A stretch of DNA of 64,000 nucleotides, from NCBI RefSeq assembly GCF_004010195.1, contig NC_057720.1:26610890-26674889 (forward strand), given 5' to 3'. Under the pieces are notes generated by a model. That model searched no databases and was not told where the DNA came from. It saw nothing but the letters and a program-made list of their open reading frames with translations. A program made the position numbers and the translations under genes. Origin of the DNA: Chiloscyllium plagiosum. Taxonomy: Eukaryota. Positions within the stretch are counted from its first letter, which is position 1, and every line of letters begins with the position of its first letter. Positions 12,981-24,980 of this stretch are shown here, one piece after another.

Positions 12981-13898
12981 AATGTAATTCCTTACCTCAT
13001 CTTAAAATTTTATTAATCTTCCCCAAATAAATTCATGTGGGGATAGCCCGTGCCATAGCTAATATTCACCCCTTTACACTCTGTTTGAGGCCCTGGATTT
13101 TTCTGAAGCAACTGCAGAGATGTTCCATGAACCAAGTGAATGGCTTTTGCCCATCAATGGTTGAGACAAATTAGTCAGCAGTGATGCAGGTAAGCAATAA
13201 GAAAATCAGATTTCTTCCAAGACCTAGCTGAAGTGTAAGGGAAAAAAAATGAATGACCTCAAGAGAACAATTAAAGTAAGATTCCTCTAGTGGTTGGAGT
13301 GAACAGTAAATGCATTTACGGGGAAGCTGGACAAGTATTTGATGGCGAAGAGAATAGATGCGTGCAATGTAAGCTTTAGATGGATGAAGATTCCAACGGA
13401 GCATAAACAACAGTGGGGACTAATAAGTCAAATTGTCAGTTATTGCATTTCCTATGTACCAAAGGTTCTGTCTTTCCCTATGTGCCATCCTGAACATCCT
13501 TATTATAAACAGCCTCCCAGGCCTCTTTTCAAACTGCAATAGACCATTTGGATGTGCACACAAGACATACCACAAATACCTCCCCACCTCCAACATGGAC
13601 CCTGCTTGTTACTTCTTCCTCCCATAATGCACATTATGCTAAGTTGCTTCAGAAAGCTTACCAAGAGACACACACACTGACCCTTCACTTTTGCAAAGAA
13701 GCTGGAACCACATGGGAGGGATAGCATCCAAGATATGACTTTAAACTTTAGTTTTCAAGTCACAATAGTTGGATTGCTGTGAAAGATTATCCCAGCTGTA
13801 ATTTCGCCAGAAAACCAGCACAAACCAAAGAGAACAATGCAGACTGTGTAGTTTCTAGAGACTGTTTATCAGTATCATACAACAAGCAATCAGAAGAA

Positions 13899-14110
13899 CT
13901 GAAAATGTGTTGCTGGAAAAGCGCAGCAGGTCAGGCAGCATCCAAGGAGCAGGAGAATCAACGTTTCGGGCATGAGCCCTTCTTCAGGAATCGGGCTCAT
14001 GCCCGAAACGTCGATTCTCCTGCTCCTTGGATGCTGCCTGACCTGCTGCGCTTTTCCAGCAACACATTTTCAGCTCTGATCTTCAGCATCTGCAGTCCTC
14101 ACTTTCTCCT
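13899..14110 (+). mobile_element. Fold-back Penelope-like element with hammerhead motif, 15-bp TSD
   Basis: TSD aagcaatcagaagaa at 13884-13898 and 14111-14125; near-perfect inverted arms; ~36 nt tail. Confidence 0.9.
13957..13990 (-). ncRNA. Minimal type-I hammerhead ribozyme motif
   Basis: Minus strand CTGAAGA-A-GGGC-TCAT-GCCC-GAAA-CGTT; activity not shown. Confidence 0.55.
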
Positions 14111-15099
14111 AAGCAATCAGAAGAAGCCCTCCTTGTCTAACATTCAATAATGATGGTCAATTATTTCAACATTTGTTAAATTGTTAAATCTGCTTCTCAT
14201 TCTGGATACTGAAATAACATTGAACATATTGACACGTGGTTCATTAAAAATAATATATTTGGCTCAGAATTCCAGCCTCAAAAATATCACATGCTTTCAT
14301 CCTGTCACAAGTTCTGGGACATACCTATTGTTTACCTCTGGCATTGACACCACCAAAGTCTGCTCACAAAAGCTGTTTGGTGCTTGCTTCTTTACCAGAA
14401 GGGGCTCAGTCAAGGCAGAGTGTCGAGGCCTTTGTAATTGGCTCCTTGGATTCCCACATGCTCCTGCACATTCTTAATAAAGCATTGTAATGTACAAATA
14501 AAAATTCCACGACCTTCGAGGCTCCAGGTCACACTGCTACTGAGCTCCTTATGGGAGTTTCATATCACCCGAAAACCTGGAGAATCCATTTGTCCAAGAG
14601 CATTATCATATAGCAGTTTTTGCTAAAGCAATTCCCATTCAAGTATATAAACTCAGTGAATAAATGTTCAATTTGTTTGGGGAGCAGGTTTATAATATAC
14701 ACAGCAGCATTTTCAGTATCAGCTGATGAGTATTCACAGGACAAGTCACCATGACAACTTTGTGTTTAATCTTTTTTGATATAAGCTTCAAAGCTTCCTT
14801 TGCACTTGGTTTGAGGCATTTTTTTAAACGTATCCACCTATTTTTATCGATAGTGTACATTTTTCTGCACTTCTACCTATTTCAGCTGCTCCTTCACTAT
14901 TTTGACAAATTAACATTTTAGGAATATTGCCAGTCTGTGTTCTTGTTCCCAAATTGATATTATCTGCCACAATCTTAGCAAGACAACGCCTACAGACATT
15001 TCTGTAACATTAAACAAGGGTAGCCAAGCAAAAACTTGCTTTCAACAAATGAATCCAAAGCGTAAGAGCTGTGAGATTCTTATTATCAAGGAATATAAT

Positions 15100-15500
15100 A
15101 AGAGAAAGCACCACAGATTCACCGAGGTGATATCAGGAATGAGTGTTCTGTGTTATAAAATGAGAGGGCCTAGGGTTATATACTTCCACACTATGAACTG
15201 TGAGAGGACAAGCAATGGATGTGTCAAAAATGATAAACATAAAGGAAAATGTAAGTTTCTATTGGTCAGCAAATAACAACTAAGAGGCCACAATCTCGAA
15301 AGCAGAATTAGATAATGAAAATTAGAAGAATCTTGCTTAGATAAAAGAATTATCAAAATGTAAAACGTTTCTACTCTAAGTGGTAAGTAATGCTAAATCA
15401 ATTGCAGCATTTCCAAATGGATGACTAATTACAAAAATACTAAAAGGAATGAGGAGAAATCAGGAAAATGGACTTTATTTTGGACAGAAAGCAGAAACAC
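15100..15500 (+). mobile_element. Highly degenerate CR1 3' fragment
   Basis: 'agattcaccgaggtgatatcaggaatg...actaagaggccacaatctc' (RFT..I.GM...TRGH.L motif). Confidence 0.45.
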
Positions 15501-17795
15501 AAACCTGTGCAAAGTCAGCACAGCGAAAGCTTAAGTACAGCACAGACAAGAATGACAGAATCCTGTGCTAACATTTTCCAAATATTTAAACATTGTTCAA
15601 TCACCTGGCTATTGCTTCCATAAACACCTTTTTAATTTTAAAATTGGCAATGAATAAAATGGACCTTGCAGTTCACACATTGGGTTGAAGTATCATTCAT
15701 TTGTCTATCTGCATGTTTTTCTTTCTCTTCACTCCCCATGAAGCTTTTGTCTGACAAAGACATCCATTCCTCCAAAGAAGATCTACAGATACTATCTGGC
15801 TTCCTTGCTTCGTTCCCTCCCTCAATGTTGGCACTTAATACTGGAGGTCTCATTGCATCAGTTTTGCAACAATATCTCTGGTTAGCTGTGCTTGTTGAGC
15901 GTCAGGAAACCCAGTAGCTATGTCCAGATGAGACGTTTTGTGGATCCAAGCTGGTTATCATGAAACACTCTTTCTGGATTCACTATCTGGGCTACTGAGC
16001 AATCCCCAACAATCAGCAACTCTCAAACCACACTGAAAATTTCCAATGGCCAAAATTCTCTCCCAAACCCCTCAGACTATTGACATTGTGTCATTCAGGT
16101 CTTCATACTCTCTTCCAACTCTGCAACCCTCCCATAGAAGTGGAAACATTTGGCTGAGTCCTCCCAACTCATACTTTTACAATCTCATTTCCAATGCCTG
16201 CAATCTCCCCAACAAGGCTGCAAGGATTTCATACTGAAAGGCCCTTCGGCTCCCAGCTGAAAAAATGGTCCTGGCTCCAAACTCTCCCATACTCTTCATC
16301 TACCACCACCCTAACTCAGACCTTCTATCTTCCTTCCAACCTTCAACCCCAGGCTTTGATTTCACCCACCAATCCCTTAGGTCCCTGACACCCTCAACTC
16401 AGATCTTTGATTGTCCCCCAACTGGAGTTTCTGATTCCGCCACCTCCCTTGCGTCTTCTGATCTTGCCCCTCAAATCCCCATCTCTAAGGCAAGGAGGTA
16501 GAGTTAAGATACAAATCAGCCATAATCTAACTGAATAGCAGAACAAGCTTAAGGGCTTACTCTTGTCCCAGTATTTCCATTGTATGACTGGACGCCTATA
16601 TTCCTTGCAAACAGAAAGGCTTTTCTATCTATAGAGCACCATATTAAATAATTCACCGCAGAATTCTGCATTAATACATTTTGAACACAAAGAGGAAATT
16701 GCAAGTTTTTCACTTGGGAAAACCATTTCTTTTCTTTGCTTTTTTCTATTCTTCAGCTCTAATAATCTGTTTTTGGTGCAGAACAAATTGTGAGCGATCC
16801 ATTGGTGCTCTCAGCTGAAATGCTGTGGATGTATGCACACTTGGTTACAGACTATGATGGTTAGATCTTATCCAGAATGCAGGGCGGGGTTACAGTTGTA
16901 ATGAATAAAATATGTTGTTTTAAGTTAGACTGCTTCACAATATAGCTCAAGCTATGGGCAGAATATAATGGTGCTGAATAAGCTATTCAACTGCATTGTT
17001 TAACTTAGACTATATGCACTTTTAAAACAATGTATTAAAATAATGAACTTCATTGACGGTTGTAAGCATGAGCACATTCTATAAAACTCGTTGAATGTAC
17101 TTCAAGTAATACAGTAATTCTCCATCTACATCCGCAGTCACCCTTCTCAGTAAAATCGAACCTCAATCACCATATTATTTATATTTATGAGGCAACAAAT
17201 ATGCAGCATCTCTGTATTCCATTCAAGAACTGTAGCCTTTTTCCCGCTTGAAGAGGAATCACTCAGTCTTGTAAATACTTGCTTTTAAACACCTCATACG
17301 TGTAGGCCTCAGGAGATGGGATCTAACAATCTACCTAGAACAAATCATCACATTGTCAAACATTTCATGCTTATATTTATCAAGCACATATTTCAATAAG
17401 AAACCACTTAGAACCAAGTTGTGGAAGGCAGAGGAAGAAAGAGGTGAATGGTACTTCAATAAACCCAATCTCTGTCAGTGTAAGTCATGGTTAACTGCTT
17501 AAGCTCCTCCCAAAATTTTATGAAACTGACACGTACCTTTCACTGCTAATGAATCAAAACATCTCAGAGGCCATTAACCACTGCTTTTTGACATTTTTAG
17601 CTTGTGATATTATTTGTTCTCTTTAGGCTCAATGGTCACTCCCTTACATTAACTTTGCATCTGGAATCATTGGTTAATGTTGAAAACAGAAAACCTTGAC
17701 ACCATGTTTCAGTTTACCAATATACAGCACGGGGTTTCCTCATTTTCAACAGTTGGAAGAGAATATGGTCTCTCAGATTTAGGCTCAAGCTATAG

Positions 17796-18236
17796 TCCAA
17801 GATAAAACAAAACTGCAGACACGGGAATCCAAAATAGACGAACAGGAAGCTGGAAGAACACAGCAAGCCAGGCAGCATCAGGAGGTGGAGAAGTCAAGGT
17901 TTCGGGTATTTCAAATAACCTTCCTCCCTCTCCCCTGACTCTCTTACCAGCCCTGCCACCATCTTTCCATACCACCTACCGATCCTTGCTTCCAGTTACC
18001 AACCAAATTCATTCCTCCTACTGACCAACCAGGCTCAACCCACCCAGCTGTGTTCACTTATCATTGCCTCACCAGTCTACCCCTCTTCCTGTCCAAAACA
18101 CTCCCTTCCATATCTTTATTTGCATCTCCCCTGCCCCCACCCCCAATCCTGAAGAAAGGTTGAACCTGAATCGTTGACCTCTCCACCTCCTGGTGCTGCC
18201 TGGCTTGCTGTGTTCTTCCAGCCTCCTGCTTGTCTA
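17796..18236 (-). mobile_element. Penelope-like element, sub-family 2, inverted terminal repeats, 12-bp TSD
   Basis: TSD ctcaagctatag at 17784-17795 and 18237-18248; arms ~17835-17908 and ~18165-18236; degenerate 'cctgaagaaaggttgaacctgaatcgttgac'. Confidence 0.8.
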
Positions 18237-19179
18237 CTCAAGCTATAGGTCAGCAGATACTATTGAACATCAAAAAGAAACAATAATTTAATACTCAATA
18301 TAGTTGAAGTGGTTATAGTCTTTAGCATTCATCTTAAAATGTCAAAGAAGATAATGCTCTTCTCTTGTTCTATCTTTTAGCGCAACATGAATCCATGAAT
18401 CTTGGTTGTTAATTTTGTACATCAATGAAATGCTATTGTAGAGTCAGATTAGCCACCTCTTTGTCTCTCTTTGCTGGCAATAGGCCAACTGACTGTTTCA
18501 CGTAGCCAAATGAAAGACCATAATCATAAGCATCTGGCCACCAAGCTGCCCATCAAATGCACTATAAAGCTTCATTGGCCATGCTCCCACACATACTTGA
18601 ACCCTGTCTGCACCCAAGAGCTGTTAATCAAAGCCACTGTCTCAGGATGACAGTCATTTCAGATATTTGAAAGTGAATTCCTTGGCTTGATATATGCCAA
18701 ATGCTTTGAATACTTGATAACTAAATCCCATTGAAGCATTCTGCAAACTATCAAACTAGATATTCCAGTGGCTTCCAAAACAATGCAAGATCCTACTTTG
18801 CCTTTGGACAATAATATTTTGCAGACTACTACATAGATTCTTTCTAGCTTGTAAAAACCAGTTACCAACAACTGCCTCTTAAGCCACAAATGTATGACTT
18901 CTAGCAATAAGGGAATCACTGGATAATCTAACACAGAGAAAAAAATTACGGGTAGAATCTTAAAGAGGTTTGAGAGGCATGGGTTATGGTAATATCTGTG
19001 GCAGAATTGTCAGAAAAGTTCAATGAGGCCTTGCTGAGAGCTGGGTATAGTAGCAGAGATGGAATGAGTGTGAGGTATCGGAAGGAAGATGGTAGCACTA
19101 ATATTGGCGGAATGGAAAAACTTATCAATTATCTTCCGACACTGCTAGACATTCTGCCAGACAGCTGAGACTGCTTCTA

Positions 19180-20117
19180 GAAGAGAAAATGCTGGAAAAT
19201 CTCAGCAGGTCTGGCAGCATCTGTTAGGAGAGAAAAGAGCTGACGTTTCGAGTCTAATTGACCTTTTGTCAAAGCTAAAAAATGGGGAGAAATAGGGACG
19301 TATTTATACGAGGCTAAGAGAAGGTGAGTCATAGCTCCAGATGCAATCAGTGCTCCCAATGTGGTTTCCTCTACATCGGAGAGACAAAACGCCGACTGGA
19401 TGATTGCTTTGCTGAGCACCTTCGGTCTGTATGCAATCAGGTACCGGACCTTCCCGTGGCTTACCACTTCAACACACAATCCTGCTCCCATGTCCACATG
19501 TCTGTCCTTGGCCTACTGCAATGTTCCAGTGAAGCTCAACGCAAACTGGAGGAACAGCATCTCATCTTCCGATTCGGCACGTTACAGCCTGCCCGTCTCA
19601 ACATTGAAATCAACAACTTCAGATAATTTTATTTCATTTATTTTATTTTTTTTTAATATATTTTTTTCACTGTTCTGTACCTCTTATTTCTTGATTGTCT
19701 CTCTTTCTCTCACTCCCCACTCTCTCATCACCTTTTTCCTCTCCTCTTCCCTCTTTGCTACCCTTCTCCCCTGTTTTCCATTTTGCCTCTGCTTCACCCA
19801 TCTCCCCATCCCCCACATATTTAGCACTGCCTTCAGCCTTGGTCATTCACAGCTCCTAATCTCCCTATAATCTCTCTATGCACTGTCATTCTCACCTCTT
19901 TATTGCTACCTTTGCTTCTGGAGCCATGACTCACCTTCTCTCAGCCTCGTATAAATACCTCCCCAGTTCTCCCCTTTCTTTTAGCTTTGACAAAGGCTCA
20001 GTAAGACTCAAAACTTCAGCTCTTTTCTCTCCTCCCAGATGCTGCCAGACCTGCTGAGATTTTCCAGTATTTTCTCTTTTGGTTTCAGATTCCAGCATCC
20101 GCAGTAATTTGCTTTTA
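19180..20117 (+). mobile_element. 5'-truncated Penelope-like element, sub-family 3: inverted upstream repeat, GIY-YIG endonuclease remnant, terminal repeat; 14-bp TSD
   Basis: TSD tgagactgcttcta at 19166-19179 and 20118-20131; ORF 19324-19626 'CSQCGFLYIGETKRRLDDCFAEHLRSV...RKLEEQHLIFRFGTLQPARLN'. Confidence 0.9.
19238..19276 (-). ncRNA. Hammerhead motif with U3-A8 core variant
   Basis: Minus strand AGCT-TTGACAA-AAGGTC-AATTA-GACTC-GAAA-CGTC-AGCT; sister copy at 19983-20021 (+). Confidence 0.55.
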
Positions 20118-21459
20118 TGAGACTGCTTCTATGTGGGTGTCAACTTCAGACCAGCTTGGTGGTGTGGCCATCTCTGCAGGTTGTAGAGATGAGAAGGTTC
20201 TGCCTGTGCACGATCCCATCCAGCCACAAAGCAGGGCAATTTGATTTCCCCCTGTCTGCCACGTCCTGGGCAAATGTCAAGAATCGTACAGGGCCCCTTT
20301 GGGCTGGCAGTGCTTGTCAAGGTGGCGATGGAGCGGGCACAAGGGATTCTGGAGAATTCCAAGATATCTACTGAATGACAATTTGTACTCGGGACAATGC
20401 GTGGTAAGATGAGGCTGGAATCAGACATGTAGACGATAGCAGCAGGGTAAGTAGCGAATAGTAAATACTAAGTAGGTGAGTTTGTTAAGACACGGTAAGA
20501 GAACTTGCTCAGCCTCTAAGCAAAACACCTTCCGAGAAGCTTGATGCAACTTGCCAAAAAAGCATAGAATTCAGCCCTAGATTTTATTCACAGCCTTTTT
20601 CTATTACAGATTGACTTGTCCTCTCATTTATTACAAATATTTGGCAAGACGTCCAGTGTGTGTGTACCTGGCTTATGATCGTCCAGCTGTATCACTCCAT
20701 TACCAACATTGTTTAATCCATCTGCATTCAGTTCCCTGGAGGTCCAGCATGCAATATGTGTCCAGCTTATAGATAGTTAAGTAGAGTGGACTTGTCACAC
20801 TCATTACCTCTCTAATCATATTCCTTCAAGTGATTCACTGGTGACCTGGTGGTGTGTCTGACCTGACAATCTGGCAAAGTGTCTGTGCATGATTCCTTAG
20901 CAGTCTAATTCTGTGCCTTAGCTCCCCAGTGGTAGAACTGTATCAGATTTCCACAACAATGCAGCCCAATGTGCCCATTTCCTGTCAACTGCTCAATATG
21001 TCCATGTAAATATGAACTACAAACACTGAGAAGTGTAGAAGCTTCTCAATCACGAGCTGGTTTTTATTTGTTGACCATAAATGGAAAGAATGTAGTTGCT
21101 AGTATGCCACATATTTTAATTTTTATCATCAATTATTAGCGTTAACTTACCTATTCATTGAATCAGGAAATTTAAGTAGGTTGCTGTACTTCCTAATGCT
21201 CTGCCTTTTGAGAATATTGACAGGCTGCACAGTCTCACCTCACTTTTTATCACATTACACTCAATATAACAGCATTTAGTTAAATCAGCGTGAAAAAATA
21301 TTCGCTTCGATATATAACACATCAGTCTTTGTGTGACAGCAAACCAACAGGAAAATCTAGTGAGACAGCTGCACTCTACAGTTTAAAAAAAAACTAAATA
21401 AATTCAGGGTCAAATGCCATAGATCACAGAATATAAGTCAACACAGTATATAATCTTCG

Positions 21460-21745
21460 AGGAGAAAGTGAGGACTGCAGATGCTGGAGATCAGAGCTGA
21501 AAATGTATTGCTGGANNNNNNNNNNNNNNNNNNNNNNNNNNNNNNNTGAGTTCGAGGGATTTGTCTGAGACAAGGTGGGGGGAGGGGAAATGAGGAAACT
21601 GGAGAAATCTGAGTTCATCCCTTGTGGTTGGAGGGTTCCTAGGCGGAAGATGAGGCGCTCTTCCTCCAACCGTCGTGTTGCTATGGTCTGGCGATGGAGG
21701 AGTCTAAGGACCTGCATGTCCTTGGTGGAGTGGGAGGGGGAGTTG
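21460..21745 (-). mobile_element. Penelope-like element 3' end spanning an assembly gap
   Basis: Minus-strand 'RRLEEERLIFRLGTLQPQGMNSDF' and terminal tail 'tctccagcatctgcagtcctcactttctcc'. Confidence 0.85.
21516..21546. other. Assembly gap (31 N)
   Basis: Run of n characters. Confidence 1.
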
Positions 21746-22080
21746 ATCTTATTTAAACATATCGAATTCTGAAGGGGCTTGACAGGGTCAATGCCACAAG
21801 GATGTTTCCCCTTGCAGGAAAATCTAGATCCAGAATAGAGTGGTGCCAGTTTAAGACTGAGATGATGAGGAATTTCTTCTGAGGGTTGTGAGTGTTTGGA
21901 ACTCCTTGTCATAGTGTATATTTAAGGCTGAAATAGATAGATAGATTCTTGTTTCATATGGGAATCAAGGGTTATGGAGAAAGGTAAGAAAATGGACGTG
22001 AGGAATGTCATATCGGCCGTTATCCTAGCATACTCAAGGAGCCGAATGGTTTCCTCCTCTTCTTATTTCTTATGGACTTC
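21746..22080 (+). mobile_element. CR1 3' fragment
   Basis: 'ctgaaggggcttgacagggt...gagatgatgaggaatttcttct...ggaatcaagggttatgg...ttcttatgg'. Confidence 0.7.
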
Positions 22081-22089
22081 CGGAAATGA

Positions 22090-22706
22090 CACTGATCGCC
22101 ATGCATAGAACATCGGAATGGCTGTGGGTGAATAGCCTAAAGGGTACGTTGCCCTTTACTCCCTGAAACCAATCGACCATCTATCAGGAATAAGTTAGGA
22201 GCATGGTGGAACACTTTCCACCTGACTAGATGAGTTCAGCTCCAACACTCAAGAACTTTGGAACCATTCGGGACAAAGCAGCCAATGTGACTAGCACTAC
22301 GGCAATCATCATCCACTCCCTCCAGCACTGGTACACAGTAGCAGTGGTTTGTACAACCTAGAAGATGCACCTACAATAAATGAGTGAGGCTTCATTAGCA
22401 GCATCTTCCAAATGTACAATGACTTTCATCTAAGGACAAGGTAGCAGACACACTGGAACACCATTGCCTGCAATTTCCCCTCCAAACCAGTCAGCACCCT
22501 GACTTGGAAATACAGTATATCACCTTTCCTTCAATCTCGGTAGGTCAAAGTCCTGGAATTCCCTCACTAATGGCATTTTGGGTCTTCCTATACCAAATGG
22601 ACAGTGGCACTTAAAGTTCACCACCACCTTTCAAGGGTAAACAGGTTTGTGCAATCAATGCTGGCCCAGCCAGAGACACCGACATGCCAGAAGTGAGTGA
22701 TAAAAA
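22090..22706 (+). mobile_element. CR1-group LINE 3' fragment (tail shared with SINE family B)
   Basis: 'agctccaacactcaagaa...ggacaaagcagcc...ctgacttggaaata...aatgctggcccagccag'. Confidence 0.7.
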
Positions 22707-22875
22707 ATTCCTGCCAAAATGACTAGTACATGTTTATTACCAAACAATGAACTACTTCTTGTTTCAGAAAACAGCGTCTTCTCATTAGACTATCTAATGG
22801 TTTTCCTCTTCCAGATAAAGCAGGCCCTGTAGATGCTAATCTAACAGGAGAATGGTCGCAGCAACTTGATCTTCG

Positions 22876-23352
22876 AGTCATAGAGATGTACAGCATGGAA
22901 ACAGACCCTTTGGTCCAACCTGTCCCTGCCAACCAGATCCCAACCCCATCTAGTCCCACCTGCCAGCATCCGGCCATATCCCTCCAAACCCTTCCTATTC
23001 CTATACCCATCCAGATGCCTTTTAAATGTTGCAATTGTACTAGCCTCCACCACTTCATTTGGCAGCTCATTCCATACACGTACCACCCTCTGCGTGAAAA
23101 GGTTGCCCCTTAGGTCTCTTTTATATCTTTCCCCTCTCACCCTAAACCTATGCCCTCTAGTTGTGAACTCTCCCACCCAAGGGAAAATACTTTGTCTATT
23201 TATCCTATCCATGCCCCTTATGATTTTATAAACTTCTATAAGGTCACCCCTCAGCCTTTGATGCTCCAGGGAAAACAAACCCAGCCTATTCAACCTCTCC
23301 CTATAGCTCAAATCCTCCAACCCTGGCAACATCCTTGTACATCTTTTCCGAA
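22876..23352 (-). mobile_element. Young HER1/CR1 LINE 3' end
   Basis: ORF 22841-23332 'LPGLEDLSYRERLNRLGLFSLE..RLRGDLIEVYKI...TRGH..' and 'ctctatgactc' tail. Confidence 0.92.
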
Positions 23353-24027
23353 GACCTTACAGTGACTAACATTCAGCTGGCTCAATCAAAATAGTGCCAA
23401 CTGTTGTCACCTGCAGATTTAGTACAGCTGCACATAATGAAATTGTGGTCAGTATTGCCTAAAACCTTCTCCACTGAAACAAGCTCCACTCACTACTTTC
23501 ATTCCCCAAGACTACATCCAGTTCTGCTTCAACTATAACACAAATTGCAAATCCCGGTCGGGCAATATCCAGGGAAAGCAAGACAGAGTTAATAGGCTGC
23601 ATTTCTCTGCTGGAATTGGGCTCTTTACCTGAATGCAATGTCAGGAATGAGTCCAACTTTGTTTGAGATCTTGGCTGTCTTCAATTTTTCGGATGACTGG
23701 CCTTTAATTATCATGTGAGACTCTCCAGTAGGTAGTGCCACCTCAAAGAACTGCCACCGTTCAGAGGCCAGCAACTCTAGAGTATCAGCAGTGCCACCAG
23801 CAGGGCACTTGCCATTCTTTAACTAGGCTAAGGAGGAGACATTCAGCAATAGACACAGATCTGCAGATAAGTTGATTGGTTATTGAGCAGCTGCTGTTAG
23901 GGACTACATTTTAACTCCAGTAATTTCTCAGTAAGTTTGGGAAAGGAATGAAGGGGAGAGAGAGCTGACTTGTGAGCAAGGATGAAGAATTTCTAGCCTC
24001 TACTAGCCTCCATTTTTTTAAATAATA

Positions 24028-24190
24028 CAGGGGAAACTCAATTATCCAAACAACACAGACGGGGAGTATTCAAATGTTTGGGTAATTGAATGCCGGGTAA
24101 CGCAGTTTAGCCAAGCATCAGGACCTTGCGATCTTGTTCAGATATTTCAAAATTCGAATAATCGAATGCTGGATAATTGAGGTTCCTCTG
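24028..24190. mobile_element. Tc1/mariner-pogo (Tigger-like) MITE
   Basis: TA on both sides (24026-27, 24191-92); 21-bp TIR caggggaaactcaattatcca / tggataattgaggttcctctg with 2 mismatches. Confidence 0.85.
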
Positions 24191-24304
24191 TAGTACAGAA
24201 GTAATGACAAAGTAATTAAAATAATTAAAGTTACAGTATATGAAATAACTCAAAGGTATAAATTAAGGTATGCTGGAATACCTCATCCAACTGGAATACC
24301 CACT

Positions 24305-24492
24305 TTGTTTTCCCTGGAGTGGAGAAGGCTAAGAGGAGATTTGGTAGAAGTTTTCAAAATTATGAAGGGTGTGGACAGAGTGGATGGGGAAAAACTGTTC
24401 TGGCTCATAAACAGCTCGAGAACAGGGGCACACTTTTGTAGTGTTTTTCAAAGAAGCAAATGTAAGGTAAGGAAGAACATTTTCACACAGTA
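24305..24492 (+). mobile_element. CR1 ORF2 fragment
   Basis: 'FSLEWRRLRGDLVEVFKIMKGVDRVD...FTQ'. Confidence 0.8.
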
Positions 24493-24758
24493 ATGCGATA
24501 GTTCTGCTCTTGTGCAATCTAACATTATAAGAAAATCATGCAATAATCCCGCCATTTAAACTATTGGGGCCAGAATTGAATTATAGCCATGCAGGTAAGG
24601 AATGTTCATGTTCTGCAGACAAGGGTCTAGATTCTTCAATTGCATTAAAGCTAATTTGCATTGAAGAAACGTATGTTATAGCAGATAGGACTGGATAATA
24701 AAACTCACTATCTGACCTCCCAAAGTTTGTCTGCTGTTTACAAATCACATGTCGGGAG

Positions 24759-24977
24759 TGGATGGATGGATGGATGGATGGATGGATGGATGGGTGGATG
24801 GGTGGGTGGATGGATGGGTGGATGGGTACGTGGATGGGTGGGTGGATGGATGGGTGGATGGGTGGATGGGTGCGTGGATGGGTGGGTGGATGGATGGGTG
24901 GGTGGATGGGTGGGTGGATGGGTGGGTAGATGGATGGGTGGATGGATGGGTGGGTGGACGGACGGACGGACGGACGG
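24759..24977. repeat. (GGAT/GGGT/GGAC)n tetranucleotide microsatellite
   Basis: Directly visible; it generates the overlapping low-complexity ORFs. Confidence 0.97.
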
Positions 24978-24980
24978 TTG

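Noticed and set aside
15638..15917. Overlapping ORFs on both strands in unique DNA
   Set aside because: Weak acceptor, upstream in-frame stop, no homology recognised
23628..23826. Open minus-strand frame with splice-like ends
   Set aside because: No recognised protein, and part resembles a degenerate repeat
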